A stretch of DNA of 64,000 bases, taken from assembly GCA_036172245.1 (NCBI GenBank), contig JAYWIR010000014.1, positions 2,542,001 to 2,606,000 on the forward strand, written 5' to 3'. Each line of letters starts with the position of its first letter. The stretch's first letter is position 1. Both the position numbers and the translations under genes were made by a program. The stretch comes from Raillietiella orientalis (taxonomy: Eukaryota). Under the pieces are notes generated by a model. That model had not been told where the DNA came from. It saw nothing but the letters and a program-made list of their open reading frames with translations, and searched no databases. Below are positions 60,600-64,000 of this stretch, one piece after another.

Positions 60600-60795
60600 G
60601 GGCACCAGCTGCAGCGGTGGCACGATTAGCTCTAGCAGCACTGCTGCTGAAAAGAGTGGTCTCAGCAGCGGTGGTATTAATAGAAATTGTAGAAATGTTA
60701 ACGACACTCATGTTAGAAGCAGCAGTGGTAGAAGAAGCTCAGTAGCAGTGGTAGCAGAGGTGTTGGGACTGTCTGCAGTGGCAACTGCAGCAGAA
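60600..60795. repeat. Cryptic AGC/AGT/GGT trinucleotide low-complexity tract
   Basis: Recurrent agcagc, agcagtggtag and cagcggtgg units. Confidence 0.5.
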
Positions 60796-63700
60796 GGTCG
60801 CACACACTCTGCGACTTTCCCACGCTTCGTCTTGCAATGGTGGCGGGAAGGATCAGAGGAACGTTCTCCCGCTCCGATCATGACCAGAGGCTTCCCAGCG
60901 ACTCTTTCCCCCTTCTTCCCTTCCTAACACAAGAGAGGAGAAGCGGGGAATCGCGCGGGAGGAGGAATCCTGGTTTCCCTCGTTGTCGGCGGGCAGAGAG
61001 GCTCGTCGCTCTCTCGTCCATCCTCAGGGCAGGCGAAGACGCGTAGACGCGCGCTCAGAGGCGGCGGATGGCCTGCGATTCTTTACGTTCTCTTATGTCG
61101 TCTTCGGCCTCTGCTTTTTCCGCGCCATCGCCAACGTGATTCTTGGCTTGCTTCGTGCCCCTCTTGCGGACGCTTTCTCTCAGGGACGCCCAATTTTGTC
61201 GACGCTGCCTTACCCGAAACGACCTTTCGAAATTCCTTCATCCGCGAGTCGCCCCTCCCGGAGCGCGCATTCCATTGGCCCGCATCCCAGGAGGCACGCG
61301 GAGGCAAACGAAATCGCCATTCGGTTTCGAAACGGTCCTCTCCGTCCTAGCGAAGGTGGACTTCTGGCTGAGCGGAGCGCCGGATCCAACCGGGGTGGGA
61401 TGTCCCGGAGGGTCTCCAGAGTCACCGCAGCCTCCCGTTCCAGTGAACTGCTGGTTCGTCTGATCTCCTGGGAGCTGGTTGCGCGGGCGGATCGAAAGCA
61501 CGTGGGGGTCACCGAGTAGCGTGCCTCTCCTGATTCAGAGCGGAGTTCCACTTTCGGGGGAGTCCTCTGGTCGCTCGCCAGACTGTGCCTTTACATCCGG
61601 CTCGCGGTGGAAAACCTCTTCTCGAGGCCTTCCAGGAGGAACGTGTCCAGAAAGGATTGGAGGAGGGGGAGAGGGACGCAACGTTTCTTTTTCCTTCGAA
61701 AAATCTTTTTCTTGCAGCGGAAACAGGAAGGCGTCCAGAGGGAAGCGTATTCTGGTGTAGGACCGCAAGGTATGTACCGTCATCCGCGTCTTTCGTGAGA
61801 CCTGACTAAAGCAATGAGGTCAAAACAGTGATGAGTGGCCTTCGCACTTTTCATGTCTCGGCAAGCTGCCCGAGAGTACGAGAGGCATTTCGGAGGACAA
61901 GAAAGGCACTGCGTTTCACGAAATCCCAAAGGCGTTTCCACTGACAGTCCAAGAACAACGTGCAACAATGCGCCAACCATTACCTGACGTTTCCTTCAAA
62001 AGTTTTCTTCGCATGGATGACGTCCCTCCCTGCTATCGGCCTTGGTTGGGTTATCAATTTAGGACACGAAAAGGAAAAGATAAGAGAATAGGTCCATTGG
62101 ATATTGTTCGGAGTACTTCTCATCCCACTTTGGTGGGTGCTTAAAAGCATGCTTTTCTTATGTAATCGCTGCTCATTAGATGTCGTTTCACAAGGAGCTA
62201 ATGCGACGTGTGATGATCGTGTTCTCCTCCGCAGGGAAAGTATCCACGATTCGGCTCTTCATTAGATTGCCGCTTGCATAGATCTCCGCTCAGGTGTGCG
62301 TTTCGAACCGGCTAAAGAAGCGGATTACTCATGGAAAACGTTCCCAGACGAATCTGGCACGTCATCGCATCGCAGGAGCGTCATCGGTCCATTCTGGAGG
62401 AATGGATGATGCAGTGGTATGCGCAACCGTGGACCTACTCCTCAGAATAAAAAGAAAAAAAACCCTGCCTTGTGATAACTTGATTTCCTATTTCTCCTCC
62501 TGCAAAAGATTCCCCCACCTAGAGAGTTTCGCGTTTATTTCCATCTTGAGTTAGAGGAGGATTTTGGTTGAAGCTGCATGCGATTTTCAGCCACAATTAC
62601 CAGATGCAAACAATCTTTCTTGAGGAGCGCAGCAACATTTCTTTTGAAGGTCCGTTTGCAAGCCGCGTGAGGATTCCGTGCGGTTGTCTTGGAAACCCGG
62701 AAAACAACGATTTAAACAATAGGAAAATGGCGGAGCTCTCACTGGGAAAACCGCGTGGGGCAAAACGAGCAGCCTATTCTCAGTTTCATTTGAAGCGTGG
62801 TATTTTCTAATGGAGCAAGCGTTTCCTCTGTAAGTGGCCGCGTGGACTAGGAGGCGGCAGTTCCCTGGACTCCTCTCAGAACAGGTGCATATGAGAACAA
62901 GGGACTGAAAATCAGGTGATCAAAGCCGGTGTCTGTTCTTGGGAGTACGTCCGTGCTAGCGTATACCATCGCATCATCTATTCTTCCAGAAGAATAGATG
63001 ATGAGGAACGTCGCCAGACTCAGCAGTCCTCCTCTCCTTCCTCGACATGTGGGGCGCTCGGGAGGGAGAGCGAGAGGATGATCTCTAGATGGCGATGCCC
63101 TCCTCTTTGCAAAATGGTGGCCATCTGCCTGCCGCGCGTGCGCCGCGTGCTGCTATCTGACCGTCTGAAAGCGGGATAGGAGGAGTCACAGGCGCGAGAT
63201 CACGCAGCGGAAGGTATCCGCAGGGAAGGAGGAAGGACTTCGCAGCCCCTGTCTTATTCTCCCTCCCGGATTGCGTCCAGACTGACCGGGAGGCGGGGAT
63301 GCCCCCCTGCAAGTCGGGGGATGGGTCTGCCCAGGAAGACACAAGCCAACCTGCCAAGAGAGTGTTCCCGAGGGTACAACTCCCATCCAGGGGCAAGATC
63401 TCCACCCCCACCCCTTTCCCCCCCGACCATAAAAGACCCTCATCCTTGCCTTGGTTTTGCGTGACGCCATCTCGGGCAGCAGCGATCAGTGGGGGAAAGG
63501 AAGAGAGGTGGAATTTAGGAGGTTCCTTCCTGCCTCCCACTCTTCTTTCTCACCCTTCTCACGCTAGCTGTCTCCCCTATCCGAGGCGATCCCCTTGCAG
63601 TCGACGATTTCCCCGGAAGAGACAAGGCCACTAGATTTCCTTTTTTTTATTGTCCCCCTCCTTTTTCCCGTTCCAGACTTTTGGATATCCCTACCCGCGT

Positions 63701-64000
63701 GTCGGTGCCCTCCCCTCTTGAACTTCTTTTGTCTTCGGTTGGGAGCTGCGTGTTTCCCAACTGGTTTATTTTTAGAAAATAAATGTCCTGGCGTGACTGG
63801 GTGAAAAACTTCCCCGGAAGAGAGCTGCCCGGAAAGCCGGTAGGCACTACAAAACCTCGGGCAAGCAGCGGGCCAGCGTCATGCCAAGCTCGGGGAGCCA
63901 GAAGGCAACCTCTTTGACTCTCTCCACCTTCCTGGTTCAAGCCGAACCTCCGAACTATCTCCAAACGCCCTTAGCAACCAGCAAGCGCCGGGGAAGAACG

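Noticed and set aside
1..64000. tRNA, rRNA, snRNA/SL RNA genes, CRISPR arrays and prokaryotic systems
   Set aside because: GTTCGA-type hits (for example 46790, 51052, 53084) lack cloverleaf context, no repeat-spacer array was seen, and the genes are spliceosomal-intron eukaryotic genes. A covariance-model search was not possible, so small RNAs could have been missed.

Overview
Eukaryotic, intron-containing genomic DNA, probably from an arthropod (inferred from the MGSFTS-type nocturnin N-terminus and a MESR3-like gene; no database search was possible). The window is a sharp compositional mosaic. AT-rich blocks (about 1-7 kb and 27.3-35.9 kb) hold compact, CpG-poor housekeeping genes whose introns are mostly 38-50 nt: LYRM1, STOML2, C2CD5 and a LITAF-family gene. 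GC/CpG-rich blocks (about 7.2-27 kb and 36-64 kb) hold nocturnin, a decayed ankyrin-repeat gene, a WH1/CRIB-like MESR3-type gene, purine/pyrimidine tracts, near-perfect hairpins and an inverted repeat pair about 2 kb apart. Gene models were spliced by hand and checked for reading-frame continuity. Most of the long GC-rich ORFs in the supplied track look spurious. The most striking observation is an operon-like STOML2->LYRM1 junction: 91 bp between stop and start that contain a poly(A) signal, a U/GU-rich tract and splice acceptors, with little room for a promoter. Also notable are several GC-AG introns, ultra-short introns with weak polypyrimidine tracts, and candidate distal first exons of nocturnin, one with TATA+Inr and an in-frame uORF.
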